Part shown: one piece after another, positions 36,261 through 38,221 of the stretch
Layout: every line of letters begins with the position of its first letter
Position numbering within the stretch: position 1 is the stretch's first letter
From: a virus
Taxonomy: Duplodnaviria > Heunggongvirae > Uroviricota > Caudoviricetes
Reading direction: 5' to 3' (one strand)
Virus record (IMG/VR): IMGVR_UViG_2565956731_000004
Location: 1 to 38,221 of that record
DNA: 38,221 bases
Program-made: the position numbers and the translations under genes
Notes under the pieces: model-generated
Database searches by the model: none
The model's input: only the letters and a program-made list of their open reading frames with translations
Told to the model about the DNA's origin: nothing

Positions 36261-36996
36261 GGTTTATCAGACTGACAATGCCACGCTCTGTCGTGGGAAT
36301 GCGCTGGAAATATTGCCGCTGATTGAGCCAGAAAGTATTGATGCCTTAATCACTGACCCGCCTTACAGTTCGGGCGCGACACACAAGGCCGGACGCACCA
36401 ACCAGGGCAGCCACGCAAAATATCTGAACGGCGAGAACCTTCATCGCTTTGATGGGTTTGCGGGTGAAAACATGGATGCCCGTTCGTGGGCTTACTGGAC
36501 ACAATTATGGATGGCACAGGCACACCGCGCAGTCAGGCCGGGCGGTTATGCCCTGGTATTTACTGACTGGCGACAACTGCCAGCTTTAACCGATGCGTTT
36601 CAGGCCAGCGGTTTTACATGGCGTGGAATCATTGCGTGGAACAAAGGAAGGGGGTCACGAACACCCCATACGGGGTATTTCCGGCATCAGTGCGAATACA
36701 TCGTCTGGGGCAGTAAAGGCCATTTAGGTAAATCGCCTTCGGGACCGTTCGACGGCTGCATGACGTTCCCGGTTATCCCATCAAAGAAAATGCACCCGAC
36801 CGGAAAACCAGAAGAACTTATGGCAGAACTGGTCAGGACTGCGAATAGTGGTGGAACAGTCCTTGATCCTTTTATGGGATCGGGAACAACGGGTGTTGCA
36901 GCACTGAAAGCAGGGCGCAAATTTATTGGTATAGAAACCAGTGATCATTATTTTGATATAGCAACACAACGGCTCAAAACGGCGATCGAACCATAA
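36205..36996 (+). CDS. DNA methyltransferase (N6-adenine/N4-cytosine class, DPPY motif)
   Basis: 263 aa; catalytic DPPY (LITDPPYSS) near the N-terminus and AdoMet motif DPFMGSGTTG near the C-terminus; GAGG RBS. Confidence 0.85.
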   Translation: MTVGIAIQHQPAHTPEHTKVYQTDNATLCRGNALEILPLIEPESIDALITDPPYSSGATHKAGRTNQGSHAKYLNGENLHRFDGFAGENMDARSWAYWTQLWMAQAHRAVRPGGYALVFTDWRQLPALTDAFQASGFTWRGIIAWNKGRGSRTPHTGYFRHQCEYIVWGSKGHLGKSPSGPFDGCMTFPVIPSKKMHPTGKPEELMAELVRTANSGGTVLDPFMGSGTTGVAALKAGRKFIGIETSDHYFDIATQRLKTAIEP

Positions 36997-37000
36997 GACA

Positions 37001-37022
37001 AAGCCCGCAATGTTGCGGGCTT
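37001..37022 (+). terminator. hairpin after the methyltransferase
   Basis: AAGCCCGCA-atgt-TGCGGGCTT, 5 nt after the stop; weak T-run. Confidence 0.5.
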
Positions 37023-37040
37023 ACTCTACCTCTCGAAAAT

Positions 37041-37060
37041 GTGGTCACTGCGTGGACATA
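37041..37060. other. candidate attR core
   Basis: gtggtcactgcgtggacata; 17 of 20 identical to 11..30 at the int end. Confidence 0.4.
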
Positions 37061-37225
37061 CGCTGATACAAATCCTTTTATATCAAGAAATTAAATCTTT
37101 GTTTTTTTCATCAACAAGGATTTTCACGTTTGTGTTACCTGTATGAGACGAGAGTTAACCAGACAAGTGTGCCATAATCTCGCGGCCAGGCATACTTGCG
37201 AAGATTTCAGGTATAAGGATACGTA

Positions 37226-38221
37226 ATGATACAACCTATTTCCGGCCCTCCTCCTGGGCAACCACCAGGTCAGGGAGATAACCTGCCGTCTGGCGCGGGC
37301 AATCAGCCTTTATCCAGTCAGCAACGTACTTCGCTGGAAAGCTTAATGACGAAAGTGACCTCACTGACGCAACAACAAAGAGCAGAACTGTGGGCGGGTA
37401 TCAGGCACGATATTGGTCTGTCGGGAGATTCACCGCTGCTTTCGCGTCACTTCCCTGCCGCTGAGCATAATCTGGCGCAACGTCTGTTGGCCGCGCAGAA
37501 AAGCCATTCTGCCCGCCAGCTTTTAGCGCAATTAGGGGAGTATTTACGTCTGGGGAATAATCGTCAGGCGGTCACGGATTATATCCGTCATAACTTTGGT
37601 CAGACGCCGCTGAATCAGCTCTCACCGGAGCAATTAAAAACCATTCTCACCCTGTTGCAGGAAGGGAAGATGGTTATTCCGCAACCACAGCAGCGCGAGG
37701 CGACCGACCGTCCTTTATTACCGGCGGAGCACAATGCGCTCAAACAGCTGGTGACCAAACTTGCGGCAGCAACGGGGGAACCCAGCAAACAGATCTGGCA
37801 ATCGATGCTGGAACTTTCCGGGGTGAAAGATGGCGAGTTAATTCCAGCGAAACTGTTTAACCATCTGGTGACCTGGCTACAGGCGCGTCAGACGCTAAGC
37901 CAGCAAAATACGCCGACACTGGAATCACTACAGATGGCGCTAAAACAACCTTTAGATGCCAGTGAACTGGCGGCGTTATCGGCATATATCCAGCAAAAAT
38001 ATGGCCTTTCTGCGCAATCATCGCTTTCTTCTGCCCAGGCCGAGGATATTCTTAACCAGCTTTATCAACGGCGGGTTAAAGGGATTGAGCCGCGTGATAT
38101 GCAACCGCTGCTTAATCCTTTTCCACCGATGATGGACACGTTGCAAAATATGGCAACGCGTCCCGCGCTGTGGATACTGTTAGTCGCGATTATCCTGATT
38201 CTGGTCTGGCTGGTTCGTTAA
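37226..38221 (+). CDS. flk: host tail-anchored membrane protein, recalled as the flagellar regulator Flk
   Basis: 331 aa; MIQPISGPPPGQPPGQGDN... N-terminus and single C-terminal TM anchor (LWILLVAIILILVWLVR) match my recollection of enterobacterial Flk; ordinary host-like composition. Confidence 0.65.
   Translation: MIQPISGPPPGQPPGQGDNLPSGAGNQPLSSQQRTSLESLMTKVTSLTQQQRAELWAGIRHDIGLSGDSPLLSRHFPAAEHNLAQRLLAAQKSHSARQLLAQLGEYLRLGNNRQAVTDYIRHNFGQTPLNQLSPEQLKTILTLLQEGKMVIPQPQQREATDRPLLPAEHNALKQLVTKLAAATGEPSKQIWQSMLELSGVKDGELIPAKLFNHLVTWLQARQTLSQQNTPTLESLQMALKQPLDASELAALSAYIQQKYGLSAQSSLSSAQAEDILNQLYQRRVKGIEPRDMQPLLNPFPPMMDTLQNMATRPALWILLVAIILILVWLVR

Larger units (their letters stand above)
1..37060. 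mobile_element. P2-like temperate prophage (integrase to candidate attR core)
   Basis: Continuous P2-type gene content and order: int, repressor, cox, A, Q, P, O, N, M, L, X, lysis, R, S, V, W, J, I, H, G, FI, FII, E, T, U, D, ogr. Imperfect 20-bp repeat at 11..30 and 37041..37060. Host gene flk starts at 37226. Left boundary lies at or beyond the window edge. Confidence 0.85.

Overview
The window is almost entirely one P2-like (Peduovirus-type) temperate prophage of about 37 kb, running from the integrase (1..1005) to a candidate attR core (37041..37060), followed by the host gene flk (37226..38221). Modules in order: immunity and early region (int, C-type repressor, cox, small early ORFs, a candidate c4-like antisense RNA plus icd-like gene, replication initiator A); a cargo island at the A-to-cos position (actin-like ParM/ParR-like pair, then a protein carrying a ClpX-type zinc-binding domain with a coupled partner); cos-proximal repeats; packaging and head genes (Q, P, O, N, M, L); lysis cassette (holin, an M15-type endolysin interrupted by an in-frame TAG, nested spanins); tail and baseplate genes (X, R, S, V, W, J, I, H, G); a Gin/Hin-type invertible tail-fibre segment with its invertase; a sheath-tube-E/E'-tape measure-U block on the opposite strand to H/G and D, which is non-canonical for P2; D; an AT-rich ParA/MinD-like ATPase between D and ogr; ogr; and right-arm cargo consisting of a Hok-family toxin and a Com-like zinc ribbon overlapping a DNA methyltransferase, preceded by three GATC sites. 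The strongest candidates for an undescribed system are the two cargo cassettes at the A-to-cos hotspot and the ParA-like gene, but none can be assigned a function from sequence alone. No rRNA, tRNA or CRISPR array was seen. All homology statements come from reading the translated ORFs against remembered family signatures; no database search was run.
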